This document shows, in pieces, positions 48,933 to 59,726 of a stretch of DNA of 64,000 bases (position 1 is its first letter; every line of letters begins with the position of its first letter). The notes under the pieces are model-generated. The model saw only the letters and a list, made by a program, of their open reading frames with translations. It had not been told where the DNA came from and ran no database searches. The translations under genes were made by a program, and so were the position numbers. This stretch comes from an uncultured Marinoscillum sp. (GTDB lineage Bacteria; Bacteroidota; Bacteroidia; Cytophagales; MED-G16). The stretch lies in assembly GCA_902626505.1 (NCBI GenBank), contig CACOFQ010000005.1, forward strand, positions 3,401-67,400, in the 5' to 3' direction.

Positions 48933-50876
48933 CTAACTATCAAATCTTAATGTTAACTTATCCAAACTATTTCTTGACCCCAAAAAGGTTATTATATCTT
49001 CTTTTAATAGACGTGTGTATCCATGGCTAAGAATTATTTCTTCATTTCTTTTGACAGATAGCATTAAAACATCTCGAGGAAGCTTTAAATCTCGTAAAAG
49101 AGATCCAGATATTTTTTCATTTAATAACCTAATGTCTCTGACCTCTTTATCCTTTTCCTTACCTAAAAATATCGAGGTGCCTAGAGGAGATCTAACATAT
49201 TGATCTATTAAATTTATAATTGCATCCGAGGGATGAATTAATTTGATATTGAATTCAGAAAATAAATCAGCGTTTAGATACTCATTAATTCTAACAATAA
49301 GATTTTTGTTACCATAAGTAGAGTGAGATAATTTACATATTTCCTCATTAATTACATCTGAACAAAAACAGATAACCGAATCTGCTTTGGCATACTCTAT
49401 ATTATCAAAATTATATTTATCGACACTTTCAATCTTTATCATATTAATTCCCTTAGGAATCTTAAGAGACTTATTTGTTTCAAAAATTACTATATCAACG
49501 TCCCAATCTCTAGATTTCAATTGAGATGCAACAGATAAAGACTGTGGCTCAAGTCCAAAAATTATTACTCTCTTTTTTTTCGATAATGAAATTTTTTTTC
49601 TTCTATTTGTTTCTTTCAAATAATTAAGAGCCCATTTAAAAATTGGTGGACCCACAAATTGACTAATTATTATTGATGAAATTAAAATCATTGATATTTG
49701 TCCGACAATTTCATTCTCCCAATAATAGAACTCTTTTTGTATAAGCTGAATTAACCCCAACGAGACACCAGCCTGAGTAATGTGAGGAGTCCAACCAAGA
49801 AGCTTAAAACTCAAATGATCTTTTGCAAGATGCCCACCCAAATATGAAGCTAAAAAAAGTGATATAATTCTTATTATAAAGAATAAAATAGCGTATTGAA
49901 ATACCTGAAACACAAGTAATATATCTAATGATGCTCCTATAAGGGTAAAGAAAACAACATAAATATATTTACCCGAAACATCGATAAAATCTAAAAATTC
50001 AAGTCTCTTATCAGTTTTATTAATTACGTATATTCCAGAAACCATACATATTAAAAGTGGCTCAAAAATTATTTCTTTACTAAGAAATAGCAATGATATT
50101 TCCCTTATGTAGTCAGAAAAAACAAAAGCTGAAAAACCTACAATGACTAATAAAAAGTATTTTAAGTATTTATTAATACTAACATTAAGAAAAAGATTTA
50201 AGAGAATTCCATACAGAAAACCAATAAGTACTGAAATAATAATTTCAAAAATTATTATTATCATACTTAATATTTGAAGAGAACCGGAATCTATTGATTT
50301 AATTAGCGAAAATATAATTGCAAATAATAAGATAACTCCAAAGTCAGAAAGACATAACACACCCATTGACGTAGAGGTAAATTTTCCTTTAGCTCTAAGT
50401 TCATTTATTACAGCTATAGCTGATGCAGGAGATCTTGCAACAAAAATTGAGGCACATAATAGAGATAAGTATATTTTAATATCAAATTGAATATTATCAA
50501 AAAAAACTAAAGTATTAAATGCTAAAAAAACCAGAATAAAGCCTACAGAAAAGGTTATTAGTATACTGCTTAATGTATTCCACTTTATACTATTAAAAGT
50601 ACCTTTAATTTCTTTAAAAAAAAGCTCAGAACCCGCAGCAAAAGCAATAAAGCCTAGTGATAAATCAAACATGAATTCAATTTCTTTTATTACCGTATTG
50701 CTAATTAAACCTAAAACACTTGGACCTATAAATACGCCAACAACAATTAAACCAGTTACTAGAGGTAGACCAAATTTTTTAAGTTGAGAACTTAGATAAA
50801 ATGAAGATATACATACTATTAAATATGTTAAGAGGAATAATATTGAGTCCGAAGAAAGATTATAAAAAAATTCCAA
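48933..50876 (-). CDS. Kef-type cation:proton antiporter with C-terminal RCK/TrkA domains
   Basis: About 12 TM helices, followed by a Rossmann-like VIIFGLEPQS segment and a TrkA-C-like tail. Confidence 0.8.
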   Translation of the reverse strand: MEFFYNLSSDSILFLLTYLIVCISSFYLSSQLKKFGLPLVTGLIVVGVFIGPSVLGLISNTVIKEIEFMFDLSLGFIAFAAGSELFFKEIKGTFNSIKWNTLSSILITFSVGFILVFLAFNTLVFFDNIQFDIKIYLSLLCASIFVARSPASAIAVINELRAKGKFTSTSMGVLCLSDFGVILLFAIIFSLIKSIDSGSLQILSMIIIIFEIIISVLIGFLYGILLNLFLNVSINKYLKYFLLVIVGFSAFVFSDYIREISLLFLSKEIIFEPLLICMVSGIYVINKTDKRLEFLDFIDVSGKYIYVVFFTLIGASLDILLVFQVFQYAILFFIIRIISLFLASYLGGHLAKDHLSFKLLGWTPHITQAGVSLGLIQLIQKEFYYWENEIVGQISMILISSIIISQFVGPPIFKWALNYLKETNRRKKISLSKKKRVIIFGLEPQSLSVASQLKSRDWDVDIVIFETNKSLKIPKGINMIKIESVDKYNFDNIEYAKADSVICFCSDVINEEICKLSHSTYGNKNLIVRINEYLNADLFSEFNIKLIHPSDAIINLIDQYVRSPLGTSIFLGKEKDKEVRDIRLLNEKISGSLLRDLKLPRDVLMLSVKRNEEIILSHGYTRLLKEDIITFLGSRNSLDKLTLRFDS

Positions 50877-50925
50877 TAGATTACAACTTCAGATACAAAG
50901 TTACAAAATTAGAAAGTATTATAAG

Positions 50926-51459
50926 ATGAAGAAAATATGTGTTTTTTGTGGATCAAGTAAACCAGAAAATCATACGAAGTTAGAAAATGAAGTAATTAGC
51001 CTAGGTAATTTAATATTAAAGAAAAAGCTTCAACTAGTTTATGGGGGAGCGAAGATTGGATTAATGGGGTTAGTTGCTAATACTATTCTAAAAGGAGGAG
51101 GATATGTAACTGGAATAATACCTAAGCTTTTATCAAAAAAAGAGATAATAAACAAAGAAGTTTCCGATCTTATAATAGTTAATAATATGCATGAAAGAAA
51201 AAAAAAGATGTATGATCTATCTGATGCTTTTATAATTCTCCCTGGTGGAATTGGGACATTGGAAGAATTTTCTGAGATAACAACCTGGAAAATTTTAGGA
51301 ATAGAAAAAAAGCCCATTTTTCTTTTAAACTTTAATGGGTTTTATGATCATCTAATTCAACAATTTGAGGTTATGAATAAATATAATTTTTTATATTCAG
51401 ATATACTCAAGGAGGTAATTGTAATTAATTCTATTTCCGATCTTGATAGCCTTCTTTAA
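50926..51459 (+). CDS. LOG-family nucleotide 5'-monophosphate nucleosidase (TIGR00730-type)
   Basis: VFCGSS, YGGAKIGLMG, MHERKKKM, PGGIGTLEE signature. Confidence 0.85.
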   Translation: MKKICVFCGSSKPENHTKLENEVISLGNLILKKKLQLVYGGAKIGLMGLVANTILKGGGYVTGIIPKLLSKKEIINKEVSDLIIVNNMHERKKKMYDLSDAFIILPGGIGTLEEFSEITTWKILGIEKKPIFLLNFNGFYDHLIQQFEVMNKYNFLYSDILKEVIVINSISDLDSLL

Positions 51460-51460
51460 A

Positions 51461-52651
51461 TTAACTTAAGAAAGAAATTAATACTCCAGCAGCTACCGCA
51501 GAGCCAATAACGCCAGATATATTACTTGCCATTGCGTAATGCATAATATGATTTTTAGGGTCGTGTTTTATAGCTATTTCATTAGCAACTCTACTTGCCA
51601 TAGGAACAGCACTCAATCCTGTAGCACCAATTAAAGGATTAATTTTTTTCTTAGTGGTTAAATTAAATATTTTAACAGCTAAAATTCCGCCGATTATTGA
51701 AATTACAAAAGCAAAAAGTCCTCCAATAATAATTCCAAGAGTTTGGGTGTTTAAAAAAGAGGCTGGGGTCATGGTTGCCCCTATAGATAACCCAAGGAAA
51801 ATAGTGCTAGTATTTAAAATATTATCAGATGCAGCTTTAGATAATCTACCAGTAGAGGATCCGATTTCTTTAATTAGATTACCAAACATTAGAAAACCAA
51901 TCAATGGAGTTGAAGATGGGACTATTAAAGAAACTACTATTGTCATTACGATAGGAAAAATGATTTTAATTCTAGATAGATTTTTAATTTCATTAGAAGA
52001 AGGGGATTTTTCATCCTGCTCTTTCATATTAATTAATAATTCATTTTTAGTAACAGTAAACTTTACTATAAATGGAATAATAACAGGAACTAATGCCATA
52101 TAAGAATATGCAGCAATAGCAATTGGACCTAATAGATGAGGGGCTAATACTATAGAGGTATAAATTGCAGTAGGACCATCAGCTCCCCCAATAATTGCTA
52201 GTGAAGCAGCTTCTTGATTAGTGAAACCAATTAAACTAGCAATAATTAAAACCGTAAATATTCCAATTTGAGCAGCAGCTCCAAAAAAAACTAAACGTAA
52301 GTTTTTTAACATTGGACCAAAATCTGTTAACGCTCCCACTCCCATAAAAATAAGAGGTGGTAAAAAACCAGTTTTTATTAAAGAATAATATAAGAAGTTT
52401 ATTATTCCATATTGTTGAGCAATCTCAATAAGACCTAAACTTTCATCTATTTTAACAACTCCTAAATTTGATCCAGGAATATTAGCAATTAATATTCCAA
52501 ATCCAATCGGTACAAGGAGAAGAGGCTCGTATTTTTTATATATTCCTAGATATAACAAGAATACAGAAATAACTATCATTAAAATGTAGTTAGGCTCTAA
52601 CACTAATTCGTTAAAACTTGTCATATCTATTATTTTTTGAATAAAATCCAT
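51461..52651 (-). CDS. oadB: Na+-translocating oxaloacetate decarboxylase, beta subunit
   Basis: Polytopic. LLPIGFG, IIGGADGPTAIY, GLSAVPMASRV motifs of the OadB/GcdB/MmdB family. Adjacent to the alpha and gamma subunits. Confidence 0.9.
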   Translation of the reverse strand: MDFIQKIIDMTSFNELVLEPNYILMIVISVFLLYLGIYKKYEPLLLVPIGFGILIANIPGSNLGVVKIDESLGLIEIAQQYGIINFLYYSLIKTGFLPPLIFMGVGALTDFGPMLKNLRLVFFGAAAQIGIFTVLIIASLIGFTNQEAASLAIIGGADGPTAIYTSIVLAPHLLGPIAIAAYSYMALVPVIIPFIVKFTVTKNELLINMKEQDEKSPSSNEIKNLSRIKIIFPIVMTIVVSLIVPSSTPLIGFLMFGNLIKEIGSSTGRLSKAASDNILNTSTIFLGLSIGATMTPASFLNTQTLGIIIGGLFAFVISIIGGILAVKIFNLTTKKKINPLIGATGLSAVPMASRVANEIAIKHDPKNHIMHYAMASNISGVIGSAVAAGVLISFLS

Positions 52652-52655
52652 GGTA

Positions 52656-54479
52656 TTAATTAATTATAAATAAAATATCGTCGTCATAAATATCATCACC
52701 ATCATTAAAACATACTTGTATAATCTTCCCTGAATAGTCAGATTTAATTGCATTTATTACTTTCATTGACTCAATATAACAAATTACGTCCCCTTTGTTT
52801 ATTTTATCACCAACCTTAACTGGATTTTCATCAGGATCCTTTGTAAAAAACACTCTGCCTTCAATCGGGGAAATAATTTTTTGTCCCTTAACAATTTTTT
52901 TGTCTGAAATTGATTCTTTTTTAGCAGTATCTAATATGTAATCTACTTCATAACTAACCTCATTAATCTTTAATATTTTTGTCATTTTTTTAGATGGTTC
53001 ATCTTTAGACACAATTTTCGATTGCTTTTTTAATTTAATGTCTTCAGCTATTTTTTTCTTAGCATCACCTGACTTAAAATCTAAATATTGAGTTTTATGT
53101 AAAGAATATTCCAGTAATTCTTCATCATCTTGACCAAAATCCCAATTTTTTGACTTCATCTCATTTCTGTTAATATCTAATACATCTTCTATGAGGTCTT
53201 GTGGATTTCCATTATAAAATTCTTTTCCTAAATCTTTTGATAACTTTTTAATTTCTTCACCTAATTCTCCAGGAAGTTTACCAGATTTTCCTAGAAGCAT
53301 ATCCCAGGTATTATCATCTATTAGACTCCATCTTTCTTTACCCTTTATTTGATTTAAGACATTTACTATAGCAACATTTTTAACATATTGACTATAAGGT
53401 GTAACCAAAGGCGGATAACCCATTATCGGCCATATATATTTTACCTCATCAACAAGAGATGAAAATAAACTATCTAAACTAATTTCTTTTTTCTTATTTT
53501 TTTGAAGCCATTTATTGATACTTATATGGCTTTTTTCAAGATCGTTCATCAAACTTCCCATCATCCCACCTGGTAGTCCCGATTCAATTAAAAGAGAATT
53601 CATTAATCTATTTTTAGGATTAATATAAAGTCCCAAATAATCATCTATAAATTCTTGCGTTAAACCTTTTACTTCCATGTAGGCTTTTTGATTTATGTCT
53701 TTTACTATAAATCCATCATCTTTTAAAATTTCATGAACTGTTAACAAATCGGCATGAGTAGTACCCCATGATAAAGGTTCCATGGATACATCTATTATAT
53801 CGGCACCACATCGAGCTACTTCCAAAGAAGATGCTACTGAGAAACCCGGTCCAGAATGACCATGATATTGTACAATTATATTTGGATTATATTTCTTTAT
53901 TCCTTTTACAATTTTACCCAGAGAAGAAGGCCTGCCTATACCTGCCATATCTTTAATTGCAATCTCATCAGTACCAAGCTCAATTAATTCTTTAGCAAGA
54001 TTTATATAGTAATCGACAGTATGTATTTTAGAATGAGTTATACAAAGACAAGACTGAGAAATCATTCCAGCTTTCTTAGCATATTCTATAGAAAGCTTTA
54101 GGTTTCTTATATCATTTAAACCATCAAATGATCTTGCTATATCTGTACCTTGTTTCTTTTTTACCGAAAACATTAACTCTCTAACATCTTTAGAAACTGG
54201 GGACATGGTTAAAGCGTTTAACCCTCTTTCTAACATTTGAGTTTGAATACCAGCATCATTAAACGGTTTGGCCCATTTTCTTAATACTTTGTTAGGATTT
54301 TCTCCGGCTAAAAGTTGAATTTGTTCAAATCCTCCTCCATTAGTTTCTATTCTATCCCAACAACCCATATTTATTATGGGATCAGCAACCCTAACTAACT
54401 CCTCTGCATTAGGCATGTATTTACCTGAAGATTGCCACATGTCTCTGTAGACTAAACAAAGCTTAATTTCTTTAGGCAT
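52656..54479 (-). CDS. oadA: Oxaloacetate decarboxylase alpha subunit (carboxyltransferase plus biotinyl carrier domain)
   Basis: AIKDMAGIGRP (carbamyl-Lys box), QYHGHSGPG (HxH metal ligands), C-terminal biotinyl motif IESMKV. The N-terminal box is divergent (YRDMWQS versus the usual RDAHQS). Confidence 0.85.
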   Translation of the reverse strand: MPKEIKLCLVYRDMWQSSGKYMPNAEELVRVADPIINMGCWDRIETNGGGFEQIQLLAGENPNKVLRKWAKPFNDAGIQTQMLERGLNALTMSPVSKDVRELMFSVKKKQGTDIARSFDGLNDIRNLKLSIEYAKKAGMISQSCLCITHSKIHTVDYYINLAKELIELGTDEIAIKDMAGIGRPSSLGKIVKGIKKYNPNIIVQYHGHSGPGFSVASSLEVARCGADIIDVSMEPLSWGTTHADLLTVHEILKDDGFIVKDINQKAYMEVKGLTQEFIDDYLGLYINPKNRLMNSLLIESGLPGGMMGSLMNDLEKSHISINKWLQKNKKKEISLDSLFSSLVDEVKYIWPIMGYPPLVTPYSQYVKNVAIVNVLNQIKGKERWSLIDDNTWDMLLGKSGKLPGELGEEIKKLSKDLGKEFYNGNPQDLIEDVLDINRNEMKSKNWDFGQDDEELLEYSLHKTQYLDFKSGDAKKKIAEDIKLKKQSKIVSKDEPSKKMTKILKINEVSYEVDYILDTAKKESISDKKIVKGQKIISPIEGRVFFTKDPDENPVKVGDKINKGDVICYIESMKVINAIKSDYSGKIIQVCFNDGDDIYDDDILFIIN

Positions 54480-54480
54480 T

Positions 54481-54708
54481 TTAATCTAATTTTCTATAAC
54501 TGACTACTTTAGCATCAACACCTTCCATCTTTTTTATTTCTTTATTTATTTCATCTTCTATATCAAGCTCATTGTCATCAGAATTAGAATCAAAAAAATA
54601 AATTATAGCTTTTCCTAGAAAAAACACAAGAGACAATACAATGAAAACTGTTATCATTCCATTTAAGAGAATGTTAAATAAAACAGATAAATTGGAAATA
54701 TTTTCCAT
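54481..54708 (-). CDS. oadG: Oxaloacetate decarboxylase gamma subunit-like small membrane protein
   Basis: A single TM helix followed by an acidic tail. Lies immediately upstream of oadA. The ATG at 54708 is preferred to the track's TTG at 54744. Confidence 0.55.
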   Translation of the reverse strand: MENISNLSVLFNILLNGMITVFIVLSLVFFLGKAIIYFFDSNSDDNELDIEDEINKEIKKMEGVDAKVVSYRKLD

Positions 54709-54798
54709 CAAAAAAATATTTTCGTGGTTAGTGTTAGTTAGCAAAAATATGAACTAAATTATTGAAACTTTCATTAATAAAAGATAATTTTTAGATAA

Positions 54799-55956
54799 AT
54801 GAATATCATAGAAGTTAACTCAAAAAAAGACAAAAAAGACTTTATACAAATAGCTTGCTCGATCTATAAAAATGAAAAAAATTGGATTAGACCCTTAGAT
54901 AAAGATATTAACTCTGTTTTTGATCCAAAAACAAATAAGGCATTTCGAAAAGGTGATGTAAAGAGATGGCTACTTAAAAATAATAATGAAACCATAGGAA
55001 GAATTGCTGCATTCTACTCTTCGAAAAACGATAAAGAAAAACTTAGGGTTGGAGGCTGTGGGTTTTTTGAATGTATTGATGATAAAGATGCAGCAAAAAT
55101 GTTATTTGATACAGCAAAAAATTGGTTAGAAAAGAATGGATATAATTCGATGGATGGACCTATTAACTTTGGTGAGAGGGATAAGTGGTGGGGTTGTCTA
55201 GTTGAGGGTTTTGATATAGATCCTAATTACCTTCAAAATTATGGTAAAGCATATTATCAAAAACTTTTTGAAAATTATGGGTTTCAATTACTTTTTAGAC
55301 AGCTTACTTTTTTAAAAAAGGTAAGAACCCCATTATCTGAGAAGCTAAGTCTAAAAGCTGAACGAGCTCTAAGAGATCCTAACTACAATTTTAAAACATT
55401 AGAAAAGAGAAATATTCAAAAATATATTAAAGATTTTACTAATATTTATAATGATGCCTGGTCAAAATATCCTGGAGTTTCAAAACTTGAGCTTTCTCAA
55501 GCTAAACTTCTATTTGCTCAACTAAAACCGATACTTGATGAAAAAATATTATGGTTTGCTTACCATAATGATGACCCTGTTGGTTTTTTCATAAGTATAC
55601 CCGAAATGAATCAAATTTTTAAATATGTCAACGGAAAACTAGATTTATTTGGTAAGCTTAAAACATTTTATCATTTAAAAATTAAGAAATCCTGTAAGAA
55701 AATGGTAGGACTTGTATTTGGAATAGTACCAAAACATCAGGGGAAAGGAGTTGATGGAGCATTAATTATGGCAAGTAGAGAAACAATTCAAGAAAAGCTT
55801 GCTTATGAAGATCTTGAATTAAATTGGATTCCAGACTTCAATAAAAGTATGATTAGAGTTGCAGAACAAGTACAAGTTAAGTTAGGAAAAATTCATCACA
55901 CCTATAGATATAACTTTGATAGGTCTATCCCTGTTGAAAGGATTACAAATAAGTAA
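54799..55956 (+). CDS. GNAT-family N-acetyltransferase-like protein
   Basis: Acetyl-CoA-binding-like VPKHQGKGVDGALI (Q/RxxGxG/A). 385 aa. Confidence 0.5.
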   Translation: MNIIEVNSKKDKKDFIQIACSIYKNEKNWIRPLDKDINSVFDPKTNKAFRKGDVKRWLLKNNNETIGRIAAFYSSKNDKEKLRVGGCGFFECIDDKDAAKMLFDTAKNWLEKNGYNSMDGPINFGERDKWWGCLVEGFDIDPNYLQNYGKAYYQKLFENYGFQLLFRQLTFLKKVRTPLSEKLSLKAERALRDPNYNFKTLEKRNIQKYIKDFTNIYNDAWSKYPGVSKLELSQAKLLFAQLKPILDEKILWFAYHNDDPVGFFISIPEMNQIFKYVNGKLDLFGKLKTFYHLKIKKSCKKMVGLVFGIVPKHQGKGVDGALIMASRETIQEKLAYEDLELNWIPDFNKSMIRVAEQVQVKLGKIHHTYRYNFDRSIPVERITNK

Positions 55957-56811
55957 CTAATTATTTAGAGCTTCAGCTCCCCCTACAATTTCTAATATTT
56001 CCTTAGTTATTGCGGCCTGACGAGTTCTATTATAAGTCAACTTTAATTCTTTCAATAATTCTCCTGCATTATCAGTTGCTTGACTCATAGCTGTCATTCT
56101 TGAACCTTGTTCAGAAGCGTTAGACTCTAAAACTGATTTTAAGAGTTGTGTTTTGAGGGTTTGAGGAATTAAATTATCAATAATTTTATTTTTTTCTGGT
56201 TCAAATATATAGTTATTATTGGCCGAATCTTTAGAATTGTTTTCTTGTGACACTGGCAAAAAGTTTTCAGAAACTGTTTTTTGAACAGCTACATTTTTGA
56301 ACTCATTATATATTATTGTAACCTTATCAAACTTAGATTCAATAAATGAATTAATTATAAAATCGCAAATTTCTGATGATTTCTCATAAGAAAAACCATT
56401 TAATTCATCCCAATAATCAAGAATAAGTTCATATTGTGATTTTTTAAAGAAGTCATAAGCTTTTTTTCCAACAGGAAGAACAGTTATATTTTTGATGTCA
56501 GAATTCATCTGACAAAATGAATGGAATTCTTTAATTAAACTACTATTGAAACTACCACAAAGTCCTTTATCTGAACTAACCATGACCACCAGAAGCTTAT
56601 TTATTTTCCTCTCTTTAAAAAGTTCATTATTTATAGAATCAGAAAGGTTGGATAATATTTCATTCAGTTTTTTTGAATAAGGTCTTAATTGCAAGACTTT
56701 ATCTTGCGCTTTTTTGAGTTTTGCAGCAGCAACCATTTTCATTGCTTTAGTTAACTGCTGAGTAGACTTTACAGACCCTATTCTATTCTTAACTTCCTTT
56801 ATGCTAGGCAT
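55957..56811 (-). CDS. atpG: F0F1 ATP synthase gamma subunit
   Basis: IKEVKNRIGSVKSTQQLTKAMKMVAAAKL N-terminus and YNRTRQAAITKEILEIVGG C-terminus. Confidence 0.95.
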   Translation of the reverse strand: MPSIKEVKNRIGSVKSTQQLTKAMKMVAAAKLKKAQDKVLQLRPYSKKLNEILSNLSDSINNELFKERKINKLLVVMVSSDKGLCGSFNSSLIKEFHSFCQMNSDIKNITVLPVGKKAYDFFKKSQYELILDYWDELNGFSYEKSSEICDFIINSFIESKFDKVTIIYNEFKNVAVQKTVSENFLPVSQENNSKDSANNNYIFEPEKNKIIDNLIPQTLKTQLLKSVLESNASEQGSRMTAMSQATDNAGELLKELKLTYNRTRQAAITKEILEIVGGAEALNN

Positions 56812-56817
56812 AAATTT

Positions 56818-58395
56818 TTATTTATAATTTTTAGCAATATTTTTAGCCGCATCTTCTAGTATCTTAAGACTTGTATCTTTTAATACTCCGTCAGCTAACT
56901 CATCTAATACCTTCTTACATTTCGAATTTACATGTTGTAAAAACTCCTCTTCCAACTTAGATATTTTATTAAGTTCAATCCCGTCAAAAAATCCATTAGA
57001 TGAACAATAAATAACAGCAACCTGCTCTTCAACCCTTAAAGGTGAATACTGAGGCTGTTTAAGAATCTCTTGATTAATTTGTCCTCTATCAATAATTAAT
57101 TGAGTTGCAGCATCAAGATCAGAACCAAACTTTGAAAATGCTTCTAACTCTCTAAATGCAGCCTGATCCAACTTAAGAGTACCTGCGATTTTCTTCATCG
57201 ACTTAATCTGAGCAGAACCTCCAACTCTTGAAACTGAAATACCAACATTAATTGCCGGTCTAATTCCTGAGTTAAATAAGTTAGATTCTAAAAATATTTG
57301 ACCATCAGTAATTGAAATAACATTAGTTGGTATGTAAGCGGAAACATCACCCTCCTGTGTTTCAATGATTGGTAATGCTGTTAATGATCCACCACCTTTA
57401 ACCTGACCTTTTAGGGACTCTGGCAAATCGTTCATATCTGCAGCAAGTTTATTATCATTAATTATTTTTGCAGACCTCTCTAACAACCTTGAATGTAAAT
57501 AAAAAACATCACCAGGGTATGCTTCCCTACCTGGAGGTCTTCTAAGTAAAAGAGAAACTTCTCTATAAGAAACAGCTTGTTTTGATAAGTCATCAAATAT
57601 AACAAGAGCTGGTCTTCCCGTGTCTCTAAAATACTCCCCAATAGCTGCACCGGCAAAAGGCGCAAAAAATTGCATTGGCGCAGGATCTGAAGATGGAGCA
57701 GATACAACCGTTGTATAAGGAAGAGCTCCATTTTTTTCTAGAATATTAGTTACCTGAGCAACGGTAGATGCTTTTTGACCACATGCTACATAAATACAAT
57801 AAACAGGTTCACCTTTATCATAAAATTCCTTTTGATTTAAAATTGTATCTATTGCTACAGCTGTTTTTCCAGTTTGTCTATCTCCAATTATTAATTCTCT
57901 CTGCCCTCTACCAATTGGAATCATAGAATCGATAGCTTTTATTCCTGTTTGTAAAGGCTCATTAACAGGTTGTCTATAGACAACACCTGGAGCTTTCCTC
58001 TCAAGAGGCATTGAGAAAACTTTACCCTTAATCGGTCCCTTTCCATCAATTGGGTTACCAAGAGTATCAAGAACTCTACCACATACTCCTTCACCTACAT
58101 CAATAGAAGCTATTTCACCTGATCGCTTTACTGTATCACCTTCTTTGATATTACTTGAATCTCCCATTAGTACAGCGCCGACATTATCTTCCTCAAGGTT
58201 TAAAACTAATCCTTTTACACCACCATCGAATTCTAAAAGTTCTCCAGCTTTAGCATTAGATAATCCATATATTCTTGCAACACCATCACCTACCTGAAGG
58301 ATAGTACCTACTTCTTCTAGCTCTGACTCTGATTTGAAATTTGATAATTGATCTCTTATTATAGAAGAAACCTCATCTGGTCTGATATTTGACAT
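56818..58395 (-). CDS. atpA: F0F1 ATP synthase alpha subunit
   Basis: Walker [41 protein letters not shown]. Confidence 0.97.
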   Translation of the reverse strand: MSNIRPDEVSSIIRDQLSNFKSESELEEVGTILQVGDGVARIYGLSNAKAGELLEFDGGVKGLVLNLEEDNVGAVLMGDSSNIKEGDTVKRSGEIASIDVGEGVCGRVLDTLGNPIDGKGPIKGKVFSMPLERKAPGVVYRQPVNEPLQTGIKAIDSMIPIGRGQRELIIGDRQTGKTAVAIDTILNQKEFYDKGEPVYCIYVACGQKASTVAQVTNILEKNGALPYTTVVSAPSSDPAPMQFFAPFAGAAIGEYFRDTGRPALVIFDDLSKQAVSYREVSLLLRRPPGREAYPGDVFYLHSRLLERSAKIINDNKLAADMNDLPESLKGQVKGGGSLTALPIIETQEGDVSAYIPTNVISITDGQIFLESNLFNSGIRPAINVGISVSRVGGSAQIKSMKKIAGTLKLDQAAFRELEAFSKFGSDLDAATQLIIDRGQINQEILKQPQYSPLRVEEQVAVIYCSSNGFFDGIELNKISKLEEEFLQHVNSKCKKVLDELADGVLKDTSLKILEDAAKNIAKNYK

Positions 58396-58405
58396 TATTT
58401 TATTT

Positions 58406-58945
58406 TTAGTTATTAATTAATTTTTTTCTTAAACTTTTCAATTTACTTGAGACAGTACAGTCTATCATTCTGTCTCCAATTTTTAAATTAAATCCCCCAA
58501 CAATTTCTTTATTAATATTATTTACCAAAGAAATATTTTTATTGGTTATTTTCTCAGCAAAATCTTTTACTACCTCAAGTGATTTTTGATCTAAATCAAA
58601 TGTAGTAGTAATTAAAGATTCCTCAATATTCATTTGAGCATTATACAACTCATTAAACTTATGTAGGATTGATTCAATAAGATTATCTCGTTTTCTTAAA
58701 ACTAGATTTGTTAATAAGTTTAATGTATGCTCATTTATTTTACCTTTAAATATTTTTTTTGTAATACTTAACTTATGATTTATAGGTATAATTGGACTTA
58801 AATAAATATTTGAAATTTCTCTCGAATTCTCAAAAGACTTTGAAATTAAATCAACATCAGCCTTAACTTTATCGAGAATTTTTTTCTCAATTGCAAGCAT
58901 CAATAATGATTTAGCATATCTTTCAGAAGCTCGAGTATTCTTCAT
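58406..58945 (-). CDS. atpH: F0F1 ATP synthase delta (OSCP) subunit
   Basis: Position between atpF and atpA. RYAKSLL N-terminus. 179 aa. Confidence 0.85.
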   Translation of the reverse strand: MKNTRASERYAKSLLMLAIEKKILDKVKADVDLISKSFENSREISNIYLSPIIPINHKLSITKKIFKGKINEHTLNLLTNLVLRKRDNLIESILHKFNELYNAQMNIEESLITTTFDLDQKSLEVVKDFAEKITNKNISLVNNINKEIVGGFNLKIGDRMIDCTVSSKLKSLRKKLINN

Positions 58946-59442
58946 TACTTTGTTTTATTAATTTCCCTTATCAAATCCTCTACGTACTTTTTTTGTGAAG
59001 AGTCTTGGCTGAGATCTTTTTTAATTATTTTTTCAGCAATATCTATAGATAATTCAGCTAGAGTGTTTTTAACATCATTCATTGCTTTATCTTTTTCTGA
59101 ATCTATAACTTTTTTTGCATCAGCAATAATTTTATCTGCCATCTCTTTAGCATTATTTTTAGCATCATCTTTCATTGAATTAGATAATGTTTTAGCTTCA
59201 GCTAGTATCTTTTCTCTCTCTTTTCTAGCTTCAGATAAAAGCTCTTCATTCTTTTTTTGAATATTTACAAGCTCTTCTTCAGCCTTTTTTGCCGAATCTA
59301 ATGAGTCTTCAATGAATTTCTCTCTTTCTTTCAATGATTCTGTGATAGGTTTCCAAGCATACTTAGATAGTACCAACAGAAGCGTTAAGAAAATAATTAC
59401 CTGCCAAAATAAAAGGCCAGTACCTGGGGTTAAAAGTTCCAT
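58945..59442 (-). CDS. atpF: F0F1 ATP synthase b subunit
   Basis: Single N-terminal TM helix followed by a long charged helix. Operon position. Confidence 0.85.
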   Translation of the reverse strand: MELLTPGTGLLFWQVIIFLTLLLVLSKYAWKPITESLKEREKFIEDSLDSAKKAEEELVNIQKKNEELLSEARKEREKILAEAKTLSNSMKDDAKNNAKEMADKIIADAKKVIDSEKDKAMNDVKNTLAELSIDIAEKIIKKDLSQDSSQKKYVEDLIREINKTK

Positions 59443-59460
59443 ATTTATTTAAAAAAAATC

Positions 59461-59691
59461 TTACTGGAACAATACTAAAAGTGCTACTAATGCACCAACT
59501 AATGCAATCACCTCAACTAGAGCTGCAATAATAAGCATAGTGGTGAAAATTTTTGGTTGAGCATCTGGTTGTCTAGCAATTGCTGTCATAGCATTTGCAC
59601 CAATTAGTCCGATACCAATACCTGCACCAATTGTAGTTAAGCCAACTCCAATAGCAGCTAATCCAATATCTAATAATAGAAAACTAAGCAT
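59461..59691 (-). CDS. atpE: F0F1 ATP synthase c subunit
   Basis: Hairpin with GAGIGIGLIG, loop ARQPD, and the ion-binding carboxylate in AALVEVIAL. Confidence 0.9.
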   Translation of the reverse strand: MLSFLLLDIGLAAIGVGLTTIGAGIGIGLIGANAMTAIARQPDAQPKIFTTMLIIAALVEVIALVGALVALLVLFQ

Positions 59692-59726
59692 AATAATTAA
59701 TTTTAAAATTTAACATAATAATTTTT

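Noticed and set aside
51654-52103. 149-aa plus-strand ORF
   Set aside because: It lies entirely antisense within oadB, whose product has strong family motifs. No start context or recognisable features.
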